From Eutreptiella sp. 'Long Island Sound 2002' (lineage: Eukaryota > Protista > Euglenida): a DNA stretch of 64,000 bases. Each line of letters starts with the position of its first letter. The stretch's first letter is position 1. The stretch is taken from assembly GCA_964036045.1 (NCBI GenBank), contig OZ038379.1, forward strand, positions 5,828,001 to 5,892,000, in the 5' to 3' direction. Positions 25,291 through 37,415 of this stretch are shown here, piece by piece. The position numbers and the translations under genes were made by a program. The notes below the pieces were generated by a model. That model saw only the letters and a program-made list of their open reading frames with translations. It made no database searches and was not told the origin of the DNA.

Positions 25291-26643
25291 CATGGGCGTT
25301 GGTTTTTTGGGGGGCAGGGTATTTCAAATACAGTTGACCCCCCGGCCACCGCCGACGGTCAACTGCCCGCTTTAACTGGGCAAACGCCGGCGGTTACCGG
25401 CCAGTTTCCGTAGTCCCATCGCCATTCACATTCGGTGGCGTGGTCCCAGTTGCCCTTTCATCCCACTGCTGTTGTGACTGGCCAACAGCTGTCAGCCGAG
25501 GGCCCAGTACACTTTACTCCTGCAGGATTCCACATGTGCTGAATCGGCACCCCCCTTTTTTCTCAATGTTTTCAAAACAGTCGTGTTGTTTCCACAACCT
25601 GCTTGCCACATCTGGTCCCACCACCACCCATGCCCACCCCCGTCCCACAGCGGGCATCCCCCCCCCCCTCCTCGGCCCACAGAAAGACTGGTCTGGTTTT
25701 TGTCAGGTATCTGTCGAAGTGGTCTCAGGTGTTGACTCAGGTGTTGAAATTGTAGCACAGCAGATTGATCTTGTTATTGTGCGCTTTCTCTCTAGAGCGC
25801 CGATTGAGCATTGGCTGGAAGCGCCTCGGATGGGGCATCCAGTATCTGTTACCGACCGGGATTGTGCCCACAGAAAAAGACCGTCCACGCCACACTTACA
25901 ACACCAATCACAGCTGCCGGACCTGAGCCCCTGGATGAGATGCCATGTATTTACTAGACCCGTGGAAGCGTCGGGAATCCCACATGGTCCTGTTGGAGTC
26001 AGAGCTGGCTGAAGGAACTTCACTGAGGACATCCATCATGGACGGCCGTCTGGGGCCGGTGGTGACTGGCTAACCCCAATGGGCACTCGCCCACAATGTA
26101 TGGTGGTTCCGACAGTTTGTCGGTGAACCACCAACCACCTTCTCGCAAGCACCAACCGTCAGTGGAAGTGGTGCACCGCCAAATCCTGTCGGTGGTGCCG
26201 ACTGCCCCGGCTGTTGGTCAAGTATCTTTGTGTGCATCACTTTAGGTGAACTAGTGAACTGTAATAGAGAGGGAGTGTTAGTGCGCAAGGTGCGTGCAGG
26301 GCAACTTTTTGGGCTACTTCTAATTCCTCCCCTGTTTTTGAGGTGGATTCTACCCCTCGGATGGGTGGGTGGGTGGGATGGGGCGATTTGGGATGATTTC
26401 TCCTCATGGACTTGCCCCTTTCCGGTTGGGGATATGAACCAGCCCCTTTCCGGTTTGGGATATGGACCGGCCCCTTTCCCTCACCTATTGCCCCCCAGCT
26501 CACCCAGCCTGATGGCTACAAGGTGCATCAATGTGTATTTTGAAACAGGCACACTGAGTTGGGTACATGGTGATACATTCAGTGTGTTTGCTACGGAACA
26601 TCAAATTTTGCCCCTCGTGTCCTCACTTCTTTTAATATTTGTT

Positions 26644-26970
26644 ATGGAGTTGAGCAATGGGGACAGGGTATTCTACACCGGGTCTACCGAGCTTCAGGTA
26701 CCCACAAAGGTGGTTAGCCTTTTACAAGATGGGCATGTGGAGTTGGAGTATCATTAAGGTGGTGTGCAGGTTGTCAATCATCGATGTCCCATGGATGCCA
26801 TCTCCTTTGGTATCCCCAGTCTTGAGTCTCCACCCCCATCCCCATCAATTCCCGCAATTGACGCCTCTCCGGAAGTTCCTTTGGAGCCCCTTGTTGACGG
26901 AAGCCCCGTTGGCGGTCGCTCCAAGAAACGACTGTCATCACATTCCCCATCCCGAGGCTTCATTGGGTAA
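26644..26970 (+). pseudogene. Decayed repeat-borne ORF with small beta-barrel-like N-terminus
   Basis: MELSNGDRVFYTGSTELQVPTKVVSLLQDGHVELEYH*GGVQVVNHRCPMDAISFG.. stays in one frame across a single TAA at 26755-26757. A related motif occurs at 44279. Confidence 0.45.
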
Positions 26971-27152
26971 TGGTGAACTTGCGGACTGAATCCGGAAAAG
27001 TCACAATAAAAGTAGCGCGCAGGGCAAACAATCCCCCAGAACAGCCCCCCGACTGGCAGTCCTGGTGGGTGTTCTCTTTCCGCGGTGTTCTCTTTGCGGT
27101 CCTAGAGGCCCCCGGGGGACAGGACATATGGTAAAGGTAACAGTTACTGCAT

Positions 27153-27323
27153 GAGGAAACGTTAGTGTGCCGGGCAAAATTTCCACCGTATTTTCCCCTA
27201 GTCCACCTCCCCCTTTTCACACTTGTGGGGATGAAGTTGTGCATGTTGCACTGTAGTTATCTATTTCTTCTTGATGATTTGGATGCTGGGCTCGCCAGGC
27301 GCGTGCCGGGCAAACGCTTCCTC
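27153..27323. mobile_element. Short MITE of the same PIF-like family
   Basis: GAGGAAACGTTAG..GCCGGGC left end and GCCGGGCAAACGCTTCCTC right end, with CAT on both flanks. Confidence 0.55.
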
Positions 27324-27687
27324 CATGCCTAGATGGCAATGCCGAGACAGTAACTTCAGGACAGCACCAGCACAGGAAACAGCACCAGTCTCCACAAACC
27401 AATGCTCAACTGCCTTGGCCAGAATTTTCTCGATGTAGCAGACATGCCGTCTGCTCTAAGATCACTGGCACAACCTGCAATGCAGCCGCCATATTATTTG
27501 CTTGCCAAGCATGTCTTGTGCCTACCAACATCTGTGCAACTTGCATTGTTTTTGCCCAACGCCTGCACGTTATCTTTCACCCTTCGGTCAGCATCGTGTA
27601 CAGGTCAGCATGTGTACATGAACCTCTACAGAATGCGTACATGAGCCTCGAGTAAAAGCAAACACCAGTGCCTCCATGTTGGCACAG

Positions 27688-27957
27688 GACTTTCAGCGCA
27701 CGTACCCGGCGGCGCACACTTTCAAGATCATCGCCTTCGAGCCGATTGCCACCTTCTGGCCCTCGTACGACGCACACCCAGAGGTGGAGCTGCAGAAGGT
27801 GGCCGCCTGGAAGGAGACCGGCGTGATCAGCTTCACGCACGCTGGCACCCTCGGCGGCGGCATCATGGTCGACGGCAAACGGTCCGGACGGCGCCGGAAG
27901 GGCGCCCCTCCGGTGCAGGATGGCCTGCCAACGATGGACGTGATTGCATTCATTAAG
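27688..27957 (+). CDS. Gene 3 exon 2/3
   Basis: CACAG|GAC acceptor. Encodes KIIAFEP and LQKVAAW (FkbM-like motifs). Donor AAG|GTTTGG, phase 0. Confidence 0.82.
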
Positions 27958-29489
27958 GTTTGGGGGCCCTTCGTTCTCCTTTCCTTGCCCTGTGGTACGC
28001 ATGTTCTGCCCATTCCCTGGAGTTGTGCATTTTCTTCTGCTTCTTTTGGGGATTTCTCCGTGAGGCGGTGTTCGTCCGCCAGGTGCTCAGTGCGCCAGGC
28101 AGATCCCCCCCCCCCCCCCCACAGTGTCTCAAGTTTTCCCTGGTCTCCCAATACTGACCAGGGGGTGCTGATGACGGGTATCAAAGTGTGCACTTTTTTC
28201 TGGCCTTTCACGCCGTTTTGCATCCGGACATCTTTTCTTTAATTTGTGGGGAGAAGTAGAGAGAGGGACGTGTGCGCGCACACACACACACACAGTGCCC
28301 GAGTTCTCAGGCAGGCTGGCGTTATGCACAATGCAGAAACTGGTTACATGGGGCGCCCTGCACCCTGCTAAGTACACGGGGCGCCCTGCACCCTGCTAAG
28401 GTAATCACCAGGGCGAATTCATGAGTGCCGATGGGGGGACCTCAGCAAAGCGGCCTCAATCGGCGCCCATATTTTGTGTCCAGACAGGCCATGGTAGGGC
28501 ACATAGCTAAGCTCAGCCAGTATTGCGAAGAAACCTGGGCAATGCGCGCGCACTCAAGACAGAACAGGGCACGCGCGTATGTATACCGACACAGGCGCAG
28601 TGCAGCGGAGGTGGAGGAGGCCCAGATTCAACGGGCCCTCGTGGGTGCGTTAAACACAGGACTTATGCCCTCCTCCTCGGCGATAACCAAAGGGGGGGGG
28701 GTCATTCGCAGCAAATTTCTTCCCCGTCATCGGTCAGGGCAAAGCCCCGCAAGCACCCTACCAGACAACAAGACAGCGCAAGCTCGCAACCCCGCCAGCG
28801 CCACAAGCATGTGTGGCAGTGCCGGCGCCACATACATGCACACGGGCTCTTGACCTGTGCAACACACACCAGCGCGCGCCATGCATCACATGCAAGCGTT
28901 TGCGCAAGTCAGGGGAAGCGTGCTGTGCCCTTGGGCATCATCGGCCAGGGTATGTGGACAGACTGCCTCTATCAGTCACATGCCGTCAGCATGGATTGCC
29001 GGCCTGCGCCAGGTGCACAAGAATGCAACGGGGGGTCCGAAATTGCTGTGCCAGAGGGCACCACAAAGTGCATACACGAGTGCGAAAGCGGCCGGCCGCA
29101 CTGGACACACGACCTGCTAAGCGGCTTCGCACCGCACGCAGCCCGGCACGCACACACATGGAGCATGCTCGCTCCCCGCACATGCCAGCCACGCCGCCCG
29201 CCCCAAAACGACGGAGACCCAAGCCGCCATGCCCCCCTTCCCCCCCCCCGCCCCGCAGCCGTGCGAGATGATGGGAGAGGGAGAGCCGGAACACGTCAGC
29301 CGACTTCTGTTTGGTGCAGAGCACGGGAGAGCTTCCACGGAAATAACATAAGCATGTCGGCTCAGAGGTTCCGACTTTTTGACCGCAGAGAGCAGGCAGA
29401 CCAATAAGGTACACACTCGGGTGTACACTTCGGGAATCCTATCTCAGCACGCAGTCAAACATGGGTCTCCCTCGTTAATAGCACAGATC

Positions 29490-29608
29490 ACACACACACA
29501 CACACACACAGAGAACAGAACACAAGAACTCATGGTTCGGTCGCTTAGCATCAGTAGGTCTTAGCAATTGAACCTCGCAGTGTGAGCATGATTTGAATGA
29601 TTTGGGCG

Positions 29609-29656
<48 letters not shown>

Positions 29657-29740
29657 AATCGAACTCATGGTTTGCAGCAGTGATAGGACCTTAGGATTGT
29701 TGAACCTCGCAGTTGGAGCAGATTCGAATGGATTCCTTGG

Positions 29741-29825
<85 letters not shown>
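29490..29825. repeat. (CA)n and (CA)n(GA)n microsatellites separating two related ~70-bp units
   Basis: CA runs at ~29490, 29609 and 29742, and a GA run at 29758-29824. GAACTCATGGTT..TTGAACCTCGCAGT is duplicated. Confidence 0.9.
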
Positions 29826-29827
<2 letters not shown>

Positions 29828-30089
29828 GGCAGGGTTGTGGGGGGCAGCAGGGTACATGAGCATTCAATGCGTGTCTTGTTGCACCGTGGTGGGGATGACA
29901 GGGCAGGAGCTGCAGTGTGTTGGTGAAACATGTGCATCACGGGGGGCGCATTTCCGCGGGTCCTAGGACGCCAATTACCCCTCCCCCCCCACCCCCCCAA
30001 GGGGCCTCTGGCCAACAGTTAGTGATCAAAGGTATGAACCCAAGGAGCCATTGGGCGCCGTAGGCGCCCTGGCGCCAAAGGCGCCCAAT

Positions 30090-31020
30090 GGGGGAACGTT
30101 AGCGCGCCAGGCGCGCGCCGGGCATCTTTTTTGACCCGTGCCCCACCGGTAGCCTTTTAGGGGGTGCACTAAGGGGGCGCACTTAGAGAAGGCTTTTCCT
30201 GCGGCGCGTCCTGCGGCGCGCAGTTTCGGAAACCTGCCCAATTTGTGGAGCTTTTTAGATTCCACCTTGTTGTGCTCCCCGGGGGGGGCATGGGGCCCGG
30301 TTTTACCATATAGTATGGGGGCGCCTCAAGCGTAGTGCGCGCGCAGTGCAACTATTTGGGCGTCTGGCCGTACTAGAGACCCATACTTTGAGATACTAGG
30401 GGCCCCTAGGGGCATCATGGTGACCTGTAGCGGAGGTTTTGAGTTCTGATTTTGTCCCCCTTTGTTGGGGACCCCCGAGAATGCAGGGGTGATGTAGCAT
30501 TTCCGCCCTCTTTTGGGCCCCAACCTTCTGGTGCTATTGAGGAAACCGGGACAATCTTTGATTCCACGCTTTGTTGGGCACGCATTGAGCACTTGTTTGC
30601 ACGCATGTGGCACTGGGGCATCGTAAGGAACATATGGAGGGGATCCGGACGGCCAAAGATTCCATTGGGAAGTGGAAGTCTTGAAGCAAGTCTGATTATC
30701 CGATACAAGGACGCAATTAAGGCTCGTGTGAGTACCATGTACGTAAGGGAAAGGGCATTCATGGATCAGGTTCCATGCAAGTTTGCCCCAACCCAACCTC
30801 CCTCGCTAAAAATGGTGCAACCCACGCCTTTTCATGGCTTTTCCAGTTGTGCATGATGTGTGTTATGTGAAGGGAAGGTAGTTTGCAACTTTCTTGAGCT
30901 GGGGCAGTTTGGGTCACCTAATTCTAAGGGCGTTTCCAAGGGGTGTGCTTGGGGGCTCTTCGGGGGGAACATAGTCTAAAAGTAGCGCGCAGTGTGCGCG
31001 CACTGTGCAAAGACTCCCCC
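30090..31020 (+). mobile_element. PIF/Harbinger-like derivative with nested repeats
   Basis: Left end GGGGGAACGTTAGCGCGCC. 30880-30990 is near-identical to 19924-20032. Encodes WARIEHLFARMWHWGIVRNIWRG, a continuation of the transposase remnant. Confidence 0.6.
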
Positions 31021-31809
31021 TATGGCCCTTTTATGTAGCCATATTGATCTCTCCCTACCATGGGGACCTCGAGAAGGCAGGGGTTATGTTACGGGGTGTC
31101 AACCCAGGGGCAGGGGTTAGGTAGCCACTATGCCCACATGTGGGCCATTTCTGTGGGCCCCTCCCAGAACCCCCCCTCCAAGCCCCGCCCCCCCCCCCCC
31201 CCCTCCAAGGGGCCTCCGGCCAACAGTTAGTTGGGGGGGGGGTAGTTGGCATCCAAAACCGAGGGGTCGCCCCCCCCCCCCCCATGATGTGCATACATGT
31301 GCATATGGAGAACAGCTGCAGCCCATATGGGCCGCCCCCCTGCAGGGCTGAACAATGAACTCACTGTTTGCAGTAATGGCAGGAACATCGGGCTGTTAGA
31401 GAGAGAGATAGGGGGGGGGGAGTGGACGGAGAGACAGAGACGCAGCGACAGATGGATCAAGGGAAAGCGCCGTGGGGGGGGGGGGGGGAGAGAAAGAGTG
31501 AGAGCGAGAGAGAGAGAGATAGAGAGAGAGAGTAGTAGTGGATTGGTCCCATGAGAGGTTGCTGATTCAAAATTTGATTTTTTCGATGCCGAAATTTGTG
31601 TCAAGATTGGGTGTGTGCGGGGGGGGGGGGGGGGCACCCTCGACTCATCATTTTTGTTACATTGGATGATTTTGAAATTGTGCAGGTATGGTCTTCATAT
31701 GTCATCTGTGCAGGCTGCCAGTGTGAGTATTTCCTGGCTTGTTGTGGGACGGTTTCTGGGGTTTCGGCCTGGGGACCAATCGCCGGGACAGTGGTTTGGA
31801 AATTTGCTC

Positions 31810-31990
31810 CTGCAACTGACGATTTGCCTGCTGCACCGCAAGCGGTGCATTCTACTCCCTCCACACTGCACGCTCTGGACGTGGTGCACCCTGCACCAGT
31901 GCACACTCTGCACACTGCACAACCTGCACTCCGCACTTTGTGCACTACGCACTCTGCACACTTCCGACACCCGCTGCAGACTGCACTCCC
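31810..31990. repeat. GCAC(A/T)CT degenerate microsatellite just upstream of gene 3 exon 3
   Basis: Iterated TGCACACTC/TGCACTC units. A reverse-complement-like tract lies at 62665-62745. Confidence 0.7.
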
Positions 31991-32006
31991 CCTCTGTTCA
32001 TCAAAG

Positions 32007-32252
32007 GAGCGTGTCCGGCCGGACGACTTCCTCGTGCTCAAAATGGACATCGAGGCAGTAGAGTACCAGCTCATCCCGGCGATGATTGAGCGCGGCCTGT
32101 TCCCTTACGTCGACGAGTTCTTCGTCGAGTTTCACTTTGCGGAGTTGCACCGCAAGTTCCCCGCAATGGCGGAGAAGTACGGCCGCCGGGACAGTGTGAA
32201 GCTGCTGCAGCGGTTGCGGGACATGGGGATCTACTGCCACGAGTGGTTTTAG
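32007..32252 (+). CDS. Gene 3 exon 3/3
   Basis: AAAG|GAG acceptor. Encodes DDFLVLKMDIEAVEY..VDEFFVEFH, the FkbM KxDxEGxE-type motif. Stop TAG at 32250-32252. Confidence 0.85.
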   Translation, partial: ERVRPDDFLVLKMDIEAVEYQLIPAMIERGLFPYVDEFFVEFHFAELHRKFPAMAEKYGRRDSVKLLQRLRDMGIYCHEWF

Positions 32253-34044
32253 CAGCAGACAGTCGCAGGCCCGGGCGCTGGGGGATTGCAAGATGTCCAG
32301 TTTGCTGCAAGCATACCAAGCACATAACCTCAGATCATGTCAACAAGGCAGTATGGCATGATCATCAATGTCCCGAGGCTTGGGGTGCTTGACATTGTGC
32401 AACGAGAAAATAATGGTTTCCTGGGATACTGTCTTGAGTCATCACGACTCGTGAAACATGCAACAACAACGAAAGCAATATCCTATTGTTCACACACATG
32501 GTGAAGCCCCAAGGAAGAGGTGTACCCCATGATCGTTGTTGCTGTGTTGATGATCGCCATAGCATTTGAAACAACGTGCTACCGTCATATGCATCCTCAC
32601 CATTGATGACGAGGAGGCACATAACTGACAGCAATTGATGTTTCCAATCAACATGATGCTCCGGGCTGCAACCAGTTTCACCATGTACAACTAAAACACA
32701 ATGTCTGTGAAGAGCTTTGGCCGTGTGCCCAAGATGCACATCCATGAAGTGCGTTGGCACAGCACTGCTGCAATAAAATGAAAGCGACATGTACAGGCCA
32801 TAGCACTACCTTCTGCACCAGCATCCAACCCGTTGCCTAACCGAGTCCTAGTTGTGCAGACATTGTATGTTGGTTATTTTTGATATTTCACTTTGCTGTT
32901 TCCGAGTGAGAGTCAGGGTTGCAACGGCACACTGGTTTACGGTAGATAGTTTGTCGGTGGTCGCATCCAGATCGGTTCCCAGCCCCCCCCCCCCCCCGCC
33001 TGTGACACTGATGTTGCAACAGGGTTGTGTCGTGTTGCAACATGTTTGAGGCGTGTATTTGTTTTCAGTGTGTTGTTTGTGCGTGCATGCTTGTGGTGGA
33101 GGAAAAACTGCCTCGATTTCTGCCTGTTTGCCCCGGCTCGAATCATTGTGCCCGAGTCAGTGAGCCCCCCCCCCCCCAAAAAAAAGCAGCGGGCGATGGG
33201 TTAAATATGCTTAAAAAAACCAACCGAAACACCACGTTATTTGAGGATTTTGAACTGACATTTGAAGTTTTTTTTGAAAGCCACCACTCAGTCAAAACAG
33301 CTGCTGGGTCCCAAGGCCCCCCCTTCGCCCCCAAAAAGAACAAAGAAGAAGACTGGCGTGGCCGGTCTTCTTCATCAGGGTGCCTACCGCCACATCCCGC
33401 GTGGGAATTGTATCACATGGGGTCGGTATGAAGAGCTTTTGCACATCGCTGATTGGGGCAGTGGGTGGCGTGGGGGGGCTGAGGAGGGGATGGGGAAAGG
33501 CGGCCCCAGACCACCGCCGCCATGGCCCTGACCAACGATCTTTCAGTTGCATTTCTGTGCCTAAAGCAGTCTGCTCTGTGCTGAGTCTCGGCATATTGTC
33601 TTTGCTTTGCTTTCGCAACTGAACACGACTCCTGCTCTTTGGCCTGACTGGACGATGTTTTGTTTTTCACACGGTCAGCCACGGCCACCTTCTCTTCAGC
33701 ACCTTCTGCGCAGTGGAGTTTAGGGCAGACTCTCTTTCAGTGACAAGAAAAAACTGCAGGACCTCCCACCGACTCGACTCTGTCCTCTACACTTCCCTGC
33801 CCAGGCCTGCGCTTGAATGGAATGATTAATAATGTTATTAATGTGAAATAGGAGGGTCACCCCCCGGTACCCCTCCCCCATGGACCTGATACAACACTTT
33901 GTCAGGGGAAAAATCCGAGGAGCGAAAATGGGGCCATCTTTGGTGCACGGAACCTCCACCCCCCCCCCCCCCGCCGCCTAAGGTCTGAGTACAATGTCCA
34001 CAGCTGTGTGGTCGAGGCCAGGCCACTGCCCATTGGGGGAGGGA

Positions 34045-34190
34045 ACGCGGAAACGACACCAGCAGGAGCACCAGCCGCGGCGGCCGACAGAAAGCAGCGA
34101 ACCGACGCAGCACACAAAGGGAAGAACGGGTGACTGTCCAGGGCCCCGTGAAGAAACAACAATGCGACGGAATGTCACACAGGGGGGGGG
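34045..34190. repeat. Interspersed repeat family A, copy 2
   Basis: Same core as the 9440 and 55680 copies. Confidence 0.85.
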
Positions 34191-37100
34191 GGCTGGGTGG
34201 GTGGGTTTTTGGCCAAAAACAAGTTTGTGCACCTGACATCGACCCCCGATTTCGGACCTCTTGAATAAAGTTGCATTGTTTCTTCCTGAGGAAAATTTTT
34301 CTGCGGTGGGGCAGGCTCGTCGGCCGTGGGTTGGTCAGAGCCCCCCCTCCAGCCCCCCAAGGCCCTTTCAGCCTTTGTGGCACACACACCCCAGGTCCAG
34401 CATGCCACGCCATTCGCAGGCCACACCGTCGTCAGCGGGCGCCAGAGGCATGCCTTGGGAACTCATTCCAAGAAGGAGCACGTTCCAAACCCCCAGCCCG
34501 CTGCCCTTTCTGCCCCCCCAAGCGGCAGTGCGACTCCGAGATTCCTTGCAACTGTTTGACATGGAGCAAGACCCGCCCCTGCCCCCACCCATCTTCCGTA
34601 TGTCTCAAGCAATGTCAGCGCCCCGTTCCCATCACAAGCATCAGTGGATGAAGATACATCCTCCGCCCTCACCTGCAGTGCAGAGTGCTCCCACTGTCCC
34701 ACCCCATAGCCCCCCCCCCCTGTATGGCTGTGTGTGACTATCTCCACATCGCCAGCACCCACTGGGGGTTTTCAATCCTAAGGCCCTATCACAAAGCCAA
34801 CTGTCTTGGTTGACCCCTAACCAGTGACCCACCCTCCCGAACCGTGTCCACAAGCCTTTGGTGTGACAGGTATCATGGCCGAGTGGGGCCAGCTTTGGGC
34901 AAATGTGATCAGGGGCATGCGAGACAGAGACCAAATGCATTGACGCAACGGCCCACAAGTCAGCAGCTAACCAGCCCTGAACCCATTTACCCCCTCTTAC
35001 CCGATTCAGGGAGGATAGTGAAGCTGGGGCAAATCCTGCAGCAGAACAATACGCAGCCGGACTGGAACTGACCTGAACTGCAACGAAAGCACTGAGGCGG
35101 GCGCGGCTTGAGCAAAGTGTACAGCCGAGCGGTCAGGCAGGGAGGGGGCATGCACATGCCGAAGGCCCTGACGAACTATGAACCAATGGAATATGGACAG
35201 AGCGATGAAGGCTGTGGTCGTTCGTGCAGGCAGGGCTGGAGTCCGATGTGACCTGAGCTGATTGCAGCCCCGCCTTTCCCCGATTCCGCAACAAGCCTGC
35301 CCTGCCCCCATTTCTAAGTGGAGGTCGCAAGGTATGGAAGAATCTCACCCGAACCCAAGCGAACCTTACAAGCCCTAACCTTAACCCATGGCCAACCCAA
35401 GGATTTGACTCAGCGGGCATAGCGGCTGGCCGTCAGCACATAGTTGCCAGGATTCAAGCCTGAATATGTGGGGGGAGGGGCGGGGGTTGTACAGCTTAGC
35501 TTAGAAAGGGATCTTGACTGTTGATTATTGTGTCCACGATTGTGTCCATATCCCTCACTGCTTTCGACATGTGGCATTTAACGTGCTTCAGCTCAGGGGA
35601 CAGGTCAGGGACTTCGCTTACTCCATTGCAGACCCTAAGTCAGGCTGTGTCTATGATGAACTGTTTGTAAAAGGGATGGGGGGTCCGCAGTCTGGGGCAC
35701 AGTACTGTTTGAGGACTTGCACATTCTTTGGAGGGGGGAGGGTTACGTTTTGGGCCGGACCCCAGGCCCCCAGCTCACTCCCATCCCATGGGCCCCCCCC
35801 AAACCCACACCAATTGGCGGCACTATGGAATAGCCAACTTGGCGCCAAAAGCGTGGGGAGAAATTTTTGGGCCTTTGGTGAAAGGGTCGGGAAACTGATT
35901 TCATCCAATATTTCTAGACCCAAAACGCTCAAATTTGAATGGTGAGTTCAACTATGGAGGTCCCTTGGCTTGGGGTTATGGAACCGTATGGATTTTCCCC
36001 CACCATGGGGCCCCCAAGAAGGCGGGGGTTCCCCACCATGGGGCCCCCAAGAAGGCAGGGTTCTGTAGCCACATTGATTTCTCCCCCACAATGGGACCCA
36101 GATAGAAGACGGGCTTGGGGTTATGGCGCTTTTTTGATTTCCTTTGGGTTGGGAGCCTGGGGTGACATGGCCACCCTTGGCCAAGGGAGAGTGGTGCAAT
36201 GGGAGTGATGTTGCGCAGTATGCAGGATTGCCAGCATGCCCGGTGACTCAAGGATTTTGGCCCACAACCACGTGCAGCATGGTCAATGTGGCATGTTGTG
36301 GCGCTCTACTACTCTTTGCTTCCGCACCTGTGTTTTGGGCGGTGCATAGGATAGCCACGTTGGACCTGGGAGACAATGATGCGCAATGAGTGCTCAAAGG
36401 TTCTTGGATGGTTGATGGTTGTTCTGGTGGCAATTGTGCGTGTTCTTATTCGGGCTGAAGCAGCTGCCCTATTGCAAAATGCATTCATGTGGCTGGTGGT
36501 CTTGGTAATCATGAAGAATGTTCTTAACAGTGTGTGTGGGCTTTCGGGCCTGGGTGCACCTGGGTGCAGTGCCTGAGGTTGTTTGGTGGCATGGCGTTGC
36601 TTGGGGAGGATTGAAACAGTGGATGAAGTTGAAGTCCTTGATGTTGCCATGTGTCTTATCGGATGCCTTTGCTGGTTCAGTTGTGTGCTCAAAATGCTCA
36701 GAATGAAATGGGGAATTCAAAAATGCCTCGTACAGCCGGAGACATTCGCCCCCCCCCCCCCCCAACAGGCTAACAGAGCCAACCACCAAGGCCTTGTGCC
36801 ACCCCCCCCCCCCTCCCCCCAGCCCCCCTCTGGACCCCCCCCTTGTCCACGCCGTGGGGCTTGGGGTCCGCAACTGAACTGAACCACCCCTGTGGGCACG
36901 TTTTTTTTGCCCCCAGGGACCGCTCTATTTGCCATCAAACTGCTGATAGTCCTCGTCCAACGGGCCCCCATTCCAACCACGTTAAGTTGTCCTTCAACCA
37001 TTGCGCTCAGTTCGAGGCTGTCAACAATTTTTTTTCCCGCTCTCATGCTCCTAGGGACCACCCTGGTCTGGGTGGGTTGGTCCCACAAGGGGACGCTGAT

Positions 37101-37269
37101 TCAAATTTCATATTTTTTTCCCAGCCAAATTTCGGGTCCAGATTGGCTGCATAGGTGCCTGGCACGGTTGGTGGGTGGGTGCCAGCCTTTGGAGCCTCAC
37201 CCGAGCAGCTGCGCCTCAAGAATTATGCCGCAGCATGCTCTGGTGCAGTCCCGCTCGTTGGGGCTTTGT

Positions 37270-37415
37270 CACCACCTTGTCAACCTCTTGTCAGCGCCTT
37301 GCCAACCCCTTGCCAACCCCTTGTCCACCCCTTGTCCACCCGTTGTCACCCCTTGTCAACCAATTCTCAGCGCCTTGCCAACCCCTTAACCCCTTGTCAA
37401 TCCCTTGTCAATCCC
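37270..37415. repeat. ~11-bp CCTTGTCAACC minisatellite
   Basis: About ten degenerate CCCTTG(T/C)CA(A/C)CC units. Confidence 0.8.

Noticed and set aside
24864-27687. Possible base-pairing between intron ends (GGCCCTGGTGAT with AACACCAGTGCC; a similar case in the gene 5 intron), as in euglenid non-conventional or intermediate introns
   Set aside because: It is seen in only two of eight introns, is imperfect and offset from the junctions, and lacks the +4..6 CAG / -8..-6 CTG signature. It is compatible with chance.
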